Origin: a virus
Lineage: Duplodnaviria > Caudoviricetes
Reading direction: 5' to 3' (one strand)
Length of the DNA: 62,394 bases
Virus record (IMG/VR): IMGVR_UViG_3300036805_000178
Location: 1 to 62,394 of that record
Shown: piece after piece, positions 27,127-37,241 of the stretch
Numbering within the stretch: position 1 is the stretch's first letter
Layout of the letters: every line of letters begins with the position of its first letter
The notes under the pieces: model-generated
What the model was told of the DNA's origin: nothing
Database searches by the model: none
Seen by the model: the letters and a program-made list of their open reading frames with translations, nothing else
Position numbers and translations under genes: made by a program

Positions 27127-28095
27127 TCAGCCGGTTGTGAAGGTGACGGAGGCGTGAGCCCCGGGGCGGACCGCGGTGCCGTTTTCCCCGGCGGCGATGA
27201 CGCGGGCGTAGTAGGTGCGCCCCCGGGCGAGGCTGCCGCCCTCGATCGCGGTTGCGGGCCCGGCGTGGCGCGGCGCCCAGGACGGCACGAGGGACGAGCG
27301 GGTGCAGGAGGGGCTGGTGTAGACGGCAACCTGGTAGTCGGCCGGCGCGGGGAGGCCCGCGGCGGCGGGTGCCTTCCAGGTGAACCGGACGCTGGTGTGC
27401 CCGCCTGCGGCCTTGAAGTCCGGGGGAGCCGGGTAGGTGCGTTCCGGCGCGCCAGCCCCGCCGGAGCGGGTGCTCAGCCAGGCGGTCGCCCACACGTCGA
27501 GGTCGAAGTTGCCGGCGTCGGCGTACTGGAGCCCGGTGACCGGGAACGGCCCGGACCGGGCCTTCACCTCGGCGGCGGCGGAGGGTTCGGTGAGGTTCCA
27601 GTTCGCCAGGTGCAGCCCGACCCCGGACCTGACCCCGCCGTCGGTGAGGGCGCTGGCGGCAACGTGGACGTTGGAGGCGCTGACGTACACCGCGGGCATC
27701 CGCTGGCCCGGGCGCGAGCCCTTCTCGTAGGACGCCAGTGCCCCCTTCGCCCAGGTGACGAGCTCGGCGGCGGTCGCGGCCCCGGCCTCGAAGTCGAGCT
27801 CGTCGGCCCAGAACGGGTCGCCGGTCGGAAGTTGGGCGATTTTCACGCAGTCAGGGTGGGCGGCGAGCTGCGCCTCGGTCGCGGCGATGAACCCGCTTCC
27901 GCCGCCGGCCTGGGTGACGTAGAGGCCGAGGGCGCCGAACGACCCGGCGGGCAGCAGGTGGTAGTTGGCGCTGATCACGTCGGCGCCGAGGGTGATCCCG
28001 CCGCCGGATGCGGGAATGACCTCGGCGAGCAGGGGGACAAGGTTCATGCCGGCCGCCGACGCCGGCACTGCCGCGTGATGGAACAGCGACGGCAC
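27127..28095 (-). CDS. Putative endolysin: GH25-like TIM barrel plus fibronectin type III domain
   Basis: LDFE, PAVY, HLANW, QY...D.D.W motifs; FN3-like VRFTW.AP...YQV.VY...L..GRTYYARVIA. Confidence 0.65.
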   Translation of the reverse strand: MPSLFHHAAVPASAAGMNLVPLLAEVIPASGGGITLGADVISANYHLLPAGSFGALGLYVTQAGGGSGFIAATEAQLAAHPDCVKIAQLPTGDPFWADELDFEAGAATAAELVTWAKGALASYEKGSRPGQRMPAVYVSASNVHVAASALTDGGVRSGVGLHLANWNLTEPSAAAEVKARSGPFPVTGLQYADAGNFDLDVWATAWLSTRSGGAGAPERTYPAPPDFKAAGGHTSVRFTWKAPAAAGLPAPADYQVAVYTSPSCTRSSLVPSWAPRHAGPATAIEGGSLARGRTYYARVIAAGENGTAVRPGAHASVTFTTG

Positions 28096-28209
28096 GGGTT
28101 CCTTCCCCGGTCAGCAGCCGACTGTCCTGCCTGAAGGGTAATGCATGCACCGGGCGGGGGCACGGGGCGCATTTCCCGGGTCCGGCCCGGTCCCGCTAAA
28201 CTGGGGACC

Positions 28210-28479
28210 ATGGCCGCCAGTTCCACCGAAGACCGGGTGACTGCACCTGCTGCCGGCGCGCTGCGCGGCCGGTTCGTTCTCGCGGAGGTCCTTGAGGATG
28301 ACAGTGAACCCCCCGCGGACCTGGTGCCCGCCCGGCGCCCGGCCGTCTCCGACCTCATCGGCGCCGTGGCCGTGCTCGGCGCGTTCGGCGACGGGAGTTA
28401 CCTGGCCGGTCAGCTCCGGGTCTCGCTGCTCACCTTGTTAGGGCGAGGCGTTGCTTGTTCCGGCCCCGAACCCGGGTGA
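28210..28479 (+). CDS. Hypothetical protein
   Basis: TAAACT -10 followed closely by ATG (leaderless). Confidence 0.4.
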   Translation: MAASSTEDRVTAPAAGALRGRFVLAEVLEDDSEPPADLVPARRPAVSDLIGAVAVLGAFGDGSYLAGQLRVSLLTLLGRGVACSGPEPG

Positions 28480-28698
28480 CCCGTAGGCGGTGTACGGGGG
28501 CTCGTTCGGGGGTGCCTGGGTTCCCTCCGGCGCGTACTGCGCGAAGCCTGCGGAGGCGAGGGAGGGGGCGTCCCGGGATGACGCCCAGAACGGCGTGCCC
28601 GCGGTTACGTCCGGGAGGCGGCCCGCCCACGAGGCCTGGCTGAGGTCTTGCAGGCTGACCATGAGGATCTGCGTGTACGGGCCGACCGGGTATCCCAT
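28438..28698 (-). CDS. Small protein with PYxA...PGFxxGxSN C-terminus
   Basis: TAGCCT-N7-ATG; paralog at 30269; tail shared with the 53227 protein. Confidence 0.65.
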   Translation of the reverse strand: MGYPVGPYTQILMVSLQDLSQASWAGRLPDVTAGTPFWASSRDAPSLASAGFAQYAPEGTQAPPNEPPYTAYGSPGFGAGTSNASP

Positions 28699-28784
28699 GC
28701 CCAGAAGGCTACGCCACGTCTCGCCGGCTTAACCTCATGCAGATTCCGTGTGTATCCCTGGCGGATTAGTGATACACTGCTGCC

Positions 28785-28979
28785 ATGAGCGATGGACATG
28801 GCGCAGGTAATGCGCGCAGCGCTCGCGACGAAACGACGGTCCGCTACCAGCTGACGTGGCCCGCGTGGATGGCTGAAGAAGTTTCCGCGTCTGCCGGCAA
28901 CCGGGCAATGTCGGTTGCCACATGGCTTCGCGAGGCTGCACTTGAGAAGCTGGAGCGAGCAGGCAGGGAGTCGCCGTAG
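28785..28979 (+). CDS. RHH-like regulator
   Basis: VRYQLTWPAWMAEEV...MSVATWLREAALEKL; TACACT -10, leaderless. Confidence 0.65.
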   Translation: MSDGHGAGNARSARDETTVRYQLTWPAWMAEEVSASAGNRAMSVATWLREAALEKLERAGRESP

Positions 28980-29167
28980 TGAGTACCGAGCACCAGATCA
29001 CCAGGAAGGCCGCTGACGGCATCCTGACCTTCGCCGAGCTCGCGCAGTTCGTCAGGGAGGCGGGGAACGCGGCCGAGCCGTCCCCGGAATCATTCACGCT
29101 GACGGCCCGGGTCGGCTTCGGCGGCGGGATCAAGTCCATCACGGTCAAGATCCCCGGGGGGGAGTGA
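28979..29167 (+). CDS. Hypothetical protein
   Basis: TAGTG coupling. Confidence 0.55.
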   Translation: MSTEHQITRKAADGILTFAELAQFVREAGNAAEPSPESFTLTARVGFGGGIKSITVKIPGGE

Positions 29168-29173
29168 GCAGCA

Positions 29174-29710
29174 ATGACCAGTCCTGGCCGCCCGGTGCGG
29201 ATCGTCCGGACCTGCCGTATAGTCGCGGCTGCGGCCCTGCTGCCGAATCTCGTTACGGGCACCGCCGATGCCCTCACCGGGTCTGCGTCGGTGTTCATAG
29301 CGCTCGCAGCCATCATGTTCCTGGCCGGCTGCATCGCCTTCCAGACGCGCGCGATCAGGCGCATGGAGAAGCAGGCCGGGCGCCGGTACCTGCTGGCCGA
29401 GCCGGTCCTGCGGAAGGTCACGGGACGGCCGGTGATGACGGGCGCTGACCGCCGGCACCTGCAGGAGATGGAACGCGGGCTCGGCTGGGAGTCACCTGAG
29501 ATGCCGGCGCCCGCTATGGCAGTGACCGCAAAGACAGCCCCGGCGGTACTGCAGGTACGGGCGTGCGGGCGGTGCGGGGAGAACCGGGCCATCCCGGTCT
29601 CCCTTCCAGGGGGCGCTTTCCCGGTCGCCTGGTACTGCACCAAATGCGGGCGCAAGTCGGAGCAGGAACGACTCCATCGCTGGCTCGACGAGGAAAGGTG
29701 GGACCGGTGA
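29174..29710 (+). CDS. Membrane protein with Zn-ribbon
   Basis: Two TM, CGRC...CTKC. Confidence 0.6.
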   Translation: MTSPGRPVRIVRTCRIVAAAALLPNLVTGTADALTGSASVFIALAAIMFLAGCIAFQTRAIRRMEKQAGRRYLLAEPVLRKVTGRPVMTGADRRHLQEMERGLGWESPEMPAPAMAVTAKTAPAVLQVRACGRCGENRAIPVSLPGGAFPVAWYCTKCGRKSEQERLHRWLDEERWDR

Positions 29711-29970
29711 ACACGGACGCAGCCTGCCGCGCCGGGCGCATGATCCCGGAGCGCTTCCGCTGGGCTCACCGGCTCTACGCGGACCTTACGGGCTTCTTCT
29801 GGGCACCGTGCCCGCTGTGCGGGCGCATGTCCGGCGGCCATGAGTGGCGGGACATCGACGGGAAGCCGTCGCACATCCCGGACGGCGCTCCGGGCCGTTT
29901 CAAGGGCATCTGCCCGGCCTGTACCCGCTCGGGCTACGGATACGACTCCGGGAGAGGGGTCCTGCAGTGA
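29707..29970 (+). CDS. Small Zn-finger protein
   Basis: FWAPCPLCG...GHEW...ICPAC. Confidence 0.6.
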   Translation: MNTDAACRAGRMIPERFRWAHRLYADLTGFFWAPCPLCGRMSGGHEWRDIDGKPSHIPDGAPGRFKGICPACTRSGYGYDSGRGVLQ

Positions 29971-30197
29971 CGTTCTCTGATGACCCTTATGAGCGGATAA
30001 GTCAGCTAGTGAAAAGTGGCCAACTGCACATGGAGGCGCGGGCCCAGCCCGTGCTCTACCCGGCCGGTAACTGCGTGCACTGCGGGCAGCCGATCGAGGA
30101 AACTCGCTTGCTGGAGTTCTTGGCGGGCGGCGGCGGCCAGCCCCGGGGCGTCTGCGGCACTGGCCCAGAACGCCTCGCCGACCCCTACGAGCGGTAG
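29967..30197 (+). CDS. Hypothetical protein (overlaps antisense gene remnant)
   Basis: GTGA coupling, CVHC. Confidence 0.45.
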   Translation: MTFSDDPYERISQLVKSGQLHMEARAQPVLYPAGNCVHCGQPIEETRLLEFLAGGGGQPRGVCGTGPERLADPYER

Positions 30198-30269
30198 CGG
30201 CCCGGCCCACGACGACTGCCGCAGGTCGGCTAGCGCCACCATGAGGACCGGCGGAAGAGGAGTGCCCAT
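30125..30269 (-). pseudogene. Truncated paralog of the 28438-28698 gene
   Basis: VLMVALADLRQSSWAGPLP.V..GEAFWAS.ADAP.LA aligns with ILMVSLQDLSQASWAGRLP.V..GTPFWAS.RDAP.LA, then similarity stops. Confidence 0.6.
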
Positions 30270-30331
30270 GGTCTTGAGGCTACTCGCGCAATCTACTGGT
30301 GACCGTCTCACCGCCAGGCTATGATGCTTAT

Positions 30332-30502
30332 ATGGATAAGCGAGATAAGCGGGTGAAGTTTCTCGCGAAGCTTCCACCAGACCTGCACCGCTGGCTCAAG
30401 ATTGCCGCCGCTGAACGCGGTGCGAACATGAATGATGTGCTCGTGGCCGCGCTGGATAGTGCTCGCATGCGGCTCGGGCGGCAGGATGGGGAGCAGAAGT
30501 GA
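30332..30502 (+). CDS. RHH/Arc-like regulator
   Basis: VKFLAKLPPDLHRWLKIAAAERGANMNDVLVAALD; TATGAT -10, leaderless. Confidence 0.8.
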   Translation: MDKRDKRVKFLAKLPPDLHRWLKIAAAERGANMNDVLVAALDSARMRLGRQDGEQK

Positions 30503-30801
30503 GCATCAGAGTCGGGGAGTCCTGGACTGCCCGCAACGGTCACCGCCGCTGGGTCAGCATGGGCCTCGGCACCTACCTCCTCGGCCTCGGCGGCTGGGCG
30601 GTATTCGTTCTCCCGTTCGCGTTCGTGTGGTGGCTGTTGCTGGCTGAGCTGTGGCTGTGCGCGGAGGCGGTGCTGCTGGCCGTCTCGGGAATTCTGGTGC
30701 TGGCGGACCTGGCCCGGCGTCAGATCAGATTCGCGGACATCACCGTCATGCGGCTGCGGTGGGGACTGTTCGTCGTCGCACCGAAGGGAGCACGGCAGTG
30801 A
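30499..30801 (+). CDS. Membrane protein
   Basis: Two TM, coupled. Confidence 0.6.
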   Translation: MSIRVGESWTARNGHRRWVSMGLGTYLLGLGGWAVFVLPFAFVWWLLLAELWLCAEAVLLAVSGILVLADLARRQIRFADITVMRLRWGLFVVAPKGARQ

Positions 30802-31586
30802 GCACCGGGGAGCGGGAACGGAAAGTGCTGGATACCGGCACGCTGCTCGCGGATCTCGCCGGCTGGTGGGCGCAGGTATCTCTGCCTGCTGACTTTTCAG
30901 GGAGACCCCCGGGCCGCATCGCGGGCAGCAAGTGGGACCAGGCGATCCCCGCGGGTACCCGGAATCCCTACTGGGAGATCATCCGCCAGCTGCCGCTCGA
31001 CGACATCCCCGCGCCATGGCACGACCGGCCCGAGCCGATGCTGCACTGGATGGCTCGTGACTACCGCAGCGAACTGAAATATTTCGCGGACCGCTTCGAC
31101 ATGTGCGGCACCTACTCCTGGTCGATCTGCTCGCCCGGTGACATCGCCTGGATGAAGGACATCCTCGGCGGCCGCGGCGTGGTCGAGACGGGAGCGGGCA
31201 GCGGCTACTGGGCCTGGCAGATGGAACAGGCCGGAATCGACGTGGCCGCTTACGAGCCGAACGAGCAGGGCCCCGGTAATCATTTTGCCCGGCGCACGTG
31301 GACGACGCTGCTGCGCGATGACGACTCGGCATCCAGGCACCACCCCGGCCGGGCACTGTTCCTGTGCTGGCCGTCGTACGCCGAGCCGTGGGCAGCCCAG
31401 TCTCTCGCCTGCTACGCCGGCGACCTGCTGATCTACGCGGGCGAAGGCGAAGGCGGCTGCACCGCTGACAGCGAGTTCTTCCAGCTGCGGGACGCCGAAT
31501 GGGAAGAGATCGGCGACTCCCCGGCGCACGTGTCGTACTGGGGCATCAACTGCTACCTGACGGCCTACCGGAGAAAGGGGACGTGA
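30798..31586 (+). CDS. Class I SAM-dependent methyltransferase-like protein
   Basis: VVETGAGSGYWA (motif I), LFLCWP, IYAGEGEGGCTAD. Confidence 0.8.
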   Translation: MSTGERERKVLDTGTLLADLAGWWAQVSLPADFSGRPPGRIAGSKWDQAIPAGTRNPYWEIIRQLPLDDIPAPWHDRPEPMLHWMARDYRSELKYFADRFDMCGTYSWSICSPGDIAWMKDILGGRGVVETGAGSGYWAWQMEQAGIDVAAYEPNEQGPGNHFARRTWTTLLRDDDSASRHHPGRALFLCWPSYAEPWAAQSLACYAGDLLIYAGEGEGGCTADSEFFQLRDAEWEEIGDSPAHVSYWGINCYLTAYRRKGT

Positions 31587-31589
31587 CCG

Positions 31590-33556
31590 GTGGTGGCTGA
31601 GTGGTACTGCACGGCTTACGGTCCCGAGTTGGCCGAGGACGGGGCGCTGTGCTTCACCGCCGGGGAACTGAATGCCCGGGTGTGCGTGTCGCAGGCCGCG
31701 TGCCGTGAGGCCGTGGCGGCGGAGCGGAAACGGGTATGGCGGCGGATTAACGAGCTCGCGGCCGGAGGCGACCCGGCCGGGGAGTCCCTCGCAGGCGAGT
31801 TCACCGGCCCGGGGCAGCTTCTGGGCGGAGGCGATGACGGTGGCTGAGATCCTCACCCCCGGCTGCCCCCTCTGCGGCCAGCCGCCCCGGTTCGCCTTCA
31901 GCGAGCAGGCCTTCTGCGGCAACGACGACTGCACCCTGATCCTGTGGAACCCGTCACTCAGCCTGGACGACAATCTGACGGATGCCGGCGTGGTCAAGTT
32001 CCCGGGAGACACTGATGGCTGAGCGCGGCAACTGGGAGGACCGCGCCCTGGAGAACCTATTCGGCGACGACCAGCCCAAGCGCCTGCGCCTGCACACCGG
32101 TGGCGTGCCGGCCAGGCCAGCCGACAACCGGCTGCAGGAACTGCTGGCCCGCGCAGCAGAGGACGACCTGATGGAGCGGTACCAGACCGACCCGGTATTC
32201 GCTGAAGACGTGAACTCGCTTGCCGAGACCAGGGATTACGTGACCTACCCTGACCTGATGAGCAGGCCGCAGCCGTGCGAGGTGTGCGGCACCGGCCTGA
32301 CCATCGTGCCCGAGCGGTCCGCTAGCGTCCCCGCTGACACCGAACCGACGCCGGCCCTGTGGGAGGTCACGCTGTGGCGCAAGCACACCCCGCGCCGCTG
32401 CCAGGCGATGCGGCGGCTCGCTGATGGCTGACGACCCGTCCCGCTATCTGGTCGCCCGCACCGGCCCGTCTATCACCGACTGCCTTGAGGCTGCCATGCG
32501 CGCTGACCCGTCCCTGACGATCGGGGAAGCCATCCGGACGGTGCCGGTCGGCGAGGAGATCGACTGGAAGGCGGCGACGTGACCACCCTTGCGGGAGGGC
32601 GGTACGGCTGCCCCATGTGCGACGAGCCGCCGCCGCATGAGCATCACCTGGGCACGATCCTCAATGCCCGCTACTACTGCCTGGACGGGAACCGGCATCA
32701 GTGGGGGTCGCCGTCACGGTGGCTCAAGCGCGTGCACTGCACCAACTGCGGGGAGCGGCAGCCACGCAGTGACCGCCCCGGGAACGTGTTGGCGGCGATG
32801 GCTCGCCATGACGAACGGACGGGTGACAAGTCGTGACCGTCAGGGTGCACGTCAGCGAGGATGAGAAGTTCCCGGTCTACTCCGTCAGGTTCCGCGAGGA
32901 TCTTGAGGAATGGGAGGACGATGACGACTTCGAGCCGAACGCCGAGCTGACCGACGAGGAGACAGCCGACTTCCGGCGGGTGCAGGCCGGGCATGCCGCA
33001 TGGCAGGAGAAGCTGGCGGGGATCCACCAGGTGATCCGGCGAGAGGAGATGCGGCAGAATACGGCCGCCGCAGCCGTCATGCGGACCGGCCTGCATCTCG
33101 TCATCGTCCGCGACGACGGAACAGAGGACAGGGTGGTTCCAGCTGTCAGCGAAGACGGCACCATGTGGACCTACCTGATGCCCGAGGGCGTGAAAACCGT
33201 CGGCGGCCACCCGGTGAATGCGGGTGACCTGGTGACTGGCGGAATCGTGATCTCAGCATGGTGAATGACGAACCGTCTGGAGGCGCACCGTGACGATCAT
33301 GGGTGAAATATGGCAGTCGAACGACCGCGTTGCCCGGGTCTGCAGGCTGACCGTGATCGGAACCGCAGCTGTGTGCATCGTGGCAGTGGCGATCAGCATC
33401 TGGTTCGGGGTGCTGATCGCGGCGGGCCGCGCACCGTGGGCGCTGCTGGCGGTACCCGCCGGCATGATCATCGCCGCGTTCACCGCCTCTGCCGTGATCC
33501 AGGGCCGGGCTGTCCGCCGTCACGCTGCCCTCGTCGCGTCCAGGGTCAGCCGGTGA
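31590..33556 (+). other. Run of about seven coupled small hypothetical CDSs (31590-31847, 31834-32022, 32015-32431, 32579-32836, 32833-33264, 33290-33556 and others)
   Basis: Overlapping start/stop codons, several CxxC pairs, one two-TM protein. Confidence 0.6.
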
Positions 33557-33643
33557 GCGCGCGGGAGACGAAAGATCTGGCTAGCCTGATCCGAAGCTAG
33601 AGCGCACGTGCATCTGCACGCGCACGCCGCTAATCTTCTGAGT

Positions 33644-34021
33644 ATGGCGACCCGGACCCGCTTGCTCCCTGCCCCCGTGGCGGCAGTGCTGGCGCTGCTG
33701 GCTGCCGCATGGTGGCCGCAGGTCCGCAACGAGTGGTTCGTCGTCACCGGCAGCCGCGATGAAACAGGCGCCTGGTACGGATTCTGGTCCGGGTTCGCCG
33801 GCGGCGTCCGCATCTTCGAATGGGCCGTCATCATCGGGATCCTGTACTGGCACCACACCTGCCATGAAAGCCCGTGGTGCCTGCGCTGGGGCAAGTACCC
33901 GGCCGCGGGAGGCCTGTTCAGGCTCTGCCACGTCCACCATCCCGACCTGGCGGGAACCCGCCCGCACCATGACCTGATCCACCGCCTGCACCGCGAGCAC
34001 AAGATGCAGGCAGCACGGTGA
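33644..34021 (+). CDS. Membrane protein with Cys/His-rich C-terminus
   Basis: Two TM; HTCH...CLRWG...CHVHHP; TAATCT -10, leaderless. Confidence 0.7.
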   Translation: MATRTRLLPAPVAAVLALLAAAWWPQVRNEWFVVTGSRDETGAWYGFWSGFAGGVRIFEWAVIIGILYWHHTCHESPWCLRWGKYPAAGGLFRLCHVHHPDLAGTRPHHDLIHRLHREHKMQAAR

Positions 34022-34326
34022 ACATCCACCACAAGCGGGCCGCCGTCCTGTTCGGCTCCGTCCTCGCCGCCGTGGTCCTCCTCGGCGCCGTCTTCGGCGC
34101 AGCCGACCACTGCGGCACCTGGAACGGAATCTACTTCGGCGTCACCACCGTCACCACCGTCGGCTACGGCGACGTGATCCCCCGCGGCTGGGCAGCCCAC
34201 CTGCTGGCCGTAGCGATCATGATCCTTATCATCCCGCTCTGGACCGGCGCATTCTCGCTGGTCACGACCGGCTTCACCGCCGACCACATCGATACGCGGC
34301 ACCGCGAACTGAAGGATGCCCGATGA
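34018..34326 (+). CDS. Minimal two-TM potassium channel (KcsA/Ion_trans_2 type)
   Basis: TM1, pore helix GIYFGVTTVTTVGYGDVIP, TM2. Confidence 0.9.
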   Translation: MNIHHKRAAVLFGSVLAAVVLLGAVFGAADHCGTWNGIYFGVTTVTTVGYGDVIPRGWAAHLLAVAIMILIIPLWTGAFSLVTTGFTADHIDTRHRELKDAR

Positions 34327-34616
34327 CCCGGAGATCTGACCAGCTCACCCGCATCGAGCAGGCCCTCGCCCGCCTCGAGCAGACCGTCACCGTGCACACG
34401 GGCAGGTTCACCGAAACCGATGCCGCCCTGCGCGCCGGGCTCCGCGACGCCCGCGCCTCCGCCGACGCCGCCCTCGCCGGGGTCCAGGCCCTCGCCACCG
34501 TGAAAACCGGGCCGGACACCCCCCAGACTGCGGCGGGCGGTGACACGGGGACTACAGGGGAGCCCGTGACCGCCCGCCGCGCCCCCAAGACCCTGAAGCC
34601 GAAGGACCAGATTTGA
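34323..34616 (+). CDS. Coiled-coil hypothetical protein
   Basis: ATGA overlap. Confidence 0.6.
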   Translation: MTRRSDQLTRIEQALARLEQTVTVHTGRFTETDAALRAGLRDARASADAALAGVQALATVKTGPDTPQTAAGGDTGTTGEPVTARRAPKTLKPKDQI

Positions 34617-34972
34617 CTGCAGACGACAGCCCGCTGGTCCGGCACGCACGCCGTGAACTGGAACTGGCCGGCGAGGAACCGGAAACCGTCGACTGGTACT
34701 GCCGGGTAGTCCGCGAGTTCGCCTCCTACGGCCACTCCGGCGGATCAGCGTCCGTCGCGGTCCCGGTCCTGCACGAACTGCTGCAGTACCACCCGCTCAG
34801 CCGCCTCACCAGCGACCCGGCCGAGTGGATCGACCAGGGCAGCGTCTCCGGGTACCCGCTGTGGCAGAACCGCCGCGACAGCCGCTGCTTCTCCGAGGAC
34901 GGCGGGAAGACCTGGGCGCAACTCGGCGCAGGCGGGGGAGAACCCGCCGCCGCGACCGACGGTCACGAGTAG
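34613..34972 (+). CDS. Conserved phage hypothetical protein
   Basis: GHSGGSA...PLSRLT..P.EW...WQNRRDSRCF. Confidence 0.7.
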   Translation: MTADDSPLVRHARRELELAGEEPETVDWYCRVVREFASYGHSGGSASVAVPVLHELLQYHPLSRLTSDPAEWIDQGSVSGYPLWQNRRDSRCFSEDGGKTWAQLGAGGGEPAAATDGHE

Positions 34973-34984
34973 CCGGGCGAACTG

Positions 34985-35572
34985 ATGGCCGCACGAACTC
35001 CGCGCAACGGCAGCGGCAAATTCACGCGCACTGCCGAAAGCCGCAAGCGCGACTACCGGGCGGCCGAGCTCCACGGCCAGGGATGGTCCTACCAGCGGAT
35101 CGCCGACGAGATCGGGTTCGCCTCAAAGGGCCACGCGCACGACGCGGTGATGCGCGCCTTCGCCGACATGCCGACCGAAGAGGCAAAGCACGCCCGGGAG
35201 GCAGACCTCGAGCGCCTCGACCGGCTGATCGAGCAGGCGTGGCAGGTGATGCTCACGCCCCACCTGACCGTGAACAACGGCAAGGTGATCCGCCAGTTCG
35301 CCGGCTACGAGCTGCGCCCGGACGGCACCGAGGCCCTGGACGCGGACGGCAAGCGGATCCCGCTGTTCGCCGACGTGCTCGACGACGGTCCGAGGCTGGC
35401 AGCGGTCAACACGATCAAGGGACTGCTCGAACGCCGGGCGAAGATCTTCGGCTACGACGCCCCCGCCAAGTCCCGCATCGAGGTGGTGACGGCGGACATG
35501 ATCGAGTCGCAGATCAGCGAGCTTGAATTCCAGCTGGCCCGTAATGACCCTGCAGATACAGGCGCACCCTGA
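34985..35572 (+). CDS. terS: Terminase small subunit (HTH)
   Basis: GWSYQRIADEIGF HTH; ERRAKIFGYDAP; directly upstream of terL. Confidence 0.8.
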   Translation: MAARTPRNGSGKFTRTAESRKRDYRAAELHGQGWSYQRIADEIGFASKGHAHDAVMRAFADMPTEEAKHAREADLERLDRLIEQAWQVMLTPHLTVNNGKVIRQFAGYELRPDGTEALDADGKRIPLFADVLDDGPRLAAVNTIKGLLERRAKIFGYDAPAKSRIEVVTADMIESQISELEFQLARNDPADTGAP

Positions 35573-37241
35573 CCGGCTGCGCTACCTGCTGGACCTCCAG
35601 CGCAGGGCAGCGCGGATCAAGTCCGGGGTAGCCCGTTACTACGATGACCCGGCTGCGTTTGCCAGTGACTGCATCAACTGGGGCGACGGCGACGGCCTGA
35701 CGTTCTACCAGGAGGAGATCCTGGCAGCCCTGCCGGAGCAGAAGCGGGAGGCTGTAAGAGGACCACATGGATTGGGGAAAAGTTCCCTGTCCGCCATCGC
35801 GGTGCTGTGGTTCGCGCTGACGCGGGACGCGGCCGGGGTCGACTGGAAGGTCGTCACGACCGCCGGGTCATGGCATCAGATTACGCAGTATACCTGGCCT
35901 GAGCTGCATAAATGGGCGGGGAAGCTCCGCTGGGACAAGGTGCGTGACGGGCGCCCGTTCTCCCGCGCCAACGAGCTGCAGAACCTGAACCTGAAGCTGA
36001 ACCACGGGGCTGCGTTCGCTGCCGCATCGGCTAACGCGGCGCTGATCGAGGGCGCGCACGCCGATTCGCTGATGTTCGTCTACGACGAGGCGAAAGCGAT
36101 CCCGGCGGGCACGTTCGACGCGTGCGAGGGCGCGTTCTCCAGTGCCGGGGAGGGCGGCACCGAGGCGTTCGCCCTGGCCCTGTCGACCCCGGGGCAGCCG
36201 CAGGGCCGCTTCTACGACATCTGCAAGCGCAAACCCGGCTACGAGGACTGGCACCCGGTTCACGTCACGCTTGACGACGCCATGGACGCGGGACGCATCA
36301 CCGCAGAGTGGGCCGGGCAGCGGGCCCGCCAGTGGGGGACCGAGTCGGCGATCTACCAGAACCGGGTGCTGGGTGAGTTCTACGCCAGCGACGAGGACTC
36401 GGTGATCCCGCTGGCCTGGGCGGAGGCGGCGGTAGCCCGCTGGCATGCCTGGGAGGAGGCGGGACGTCCGGATACGGGCAGGCCCCGCACGGTCGGAGTG
36501 GACGTCGCCAGGACCGGTTCGGACCGCACGGTGCTCGCGGTCCGCAACGGGCCGGTGATCACCGAACTGCGCCGGTTCACCAAGGAGGACACGATGCAGA
36601 CCACCGGCCGGGTGAAGGCGGTCCTGGACGCTGACGACTCCCGCACCGCCGTGGTCGACGTGATCGGCATCGGCGCCGGCGTGGTCGACCGCCTGCGGGA
36701 ACAGCACGCCCGGGTGGTGGCGTTCAACGCCTCCCGCGGCTCGAAGGCCCGCGACAGCACAAGGGAGTTCACCTACTCGAACCGGCGCAGCGAGGCCTGG
36801 TGGACGATGCGGCAGGCGCTCGACCCGTCCGGCAACCCCGATATCTGCCTTCCGGATGACGAGATGCTCCTCGGTGACCTGTCGGCCCCGCACTGGCTGG
36901 TCACGTCAGGCGGGCGGATCCAGGTTGAGAAGAAGGAAGACATTTACAAGCGCCTCGGCCGGTCAACGGACGACGGCGACAGCGTGATCCAGGCCTTCGT
37001 CCCGCATCTCGGCGAGGGACTGCCGGGCAGCATCCGGAAGTGGGCCGGGGCTGCCGAGCTCGAGGTTACCGGGCAGGGTCAGGATGAGGCGATGCGCCGC
37101 CGCCGCCGGGTTCCCGGCAGCCCTGGCAGTGACCGCCCGGATCCCGAGGACGCCCCGTGGGATGTCGACGGCTTTTCACCGCAGGATGACGGGGAGAAGG
37201 TTGAGAGGAACCGGGGCAATGTCAGGGCGTGGGGACGATAG
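35544..37241 (+). CDS. terL: Terminase large subunit
   Basis: YQ motif, Walker A RGPHGLGKS, Walker B FVYDEA, nuclease GVDVAR..SD.T, RSTDDGDS. Confidence 0.95.
   Translation: MTLQIQAHPDRLRYLLDLQRRAARIKSGVARYYDDPAAFASDCINWGDGDGLTFYQEEILAALPEQKREAVRGPHGLGKSSLSAIAVLWFALTRDAAGVDWKVVTTAGSWHQITQYTWPELHKWAGKLRWDKVRDGRPFSRANELQNLNLKLNHGAAFAAASANAALIEGAHADSLMFVYDEAKAIPAGTFDACEGAFSSAGEGGTEAFALALSTPGQPQGRFYDICKRKPGYEDWHPVHVTLDDAMDAGRITAEWAGQRARQWGTESAIYQNRVLGEFYASDEDSVIPLAWAEAAVARWHAWEEAGRPDTGRPRTVGVDVARTGSDRTVLAVRNGPVITELRRFTKEDTMQTTGRVKAVLDADDSRTAVVDVIGIGAGVVDRLREQHARVVAFNASRGSKARDSTREFTYSNRRSEAWWTMRQALDPSGNPDICLPDDEMLLGDLSAPHWLVTSGGRIQVEKKEDIYKRLGRSTDDGDSVIQAFVPHLGEGLPGSIRKWAGAAELEVTGQGQDEAMRRRRRVPGSPGSDRPDPEDAPWDVDGFSPQDDGEKVERNRGNVRAWGR

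Noticed and set aside
29982-30197. DPYER peptide at both ends of the 29967 ORF
   Set aside because: Short, and the second copy is dictated by the antisense gene remnant; probably chance
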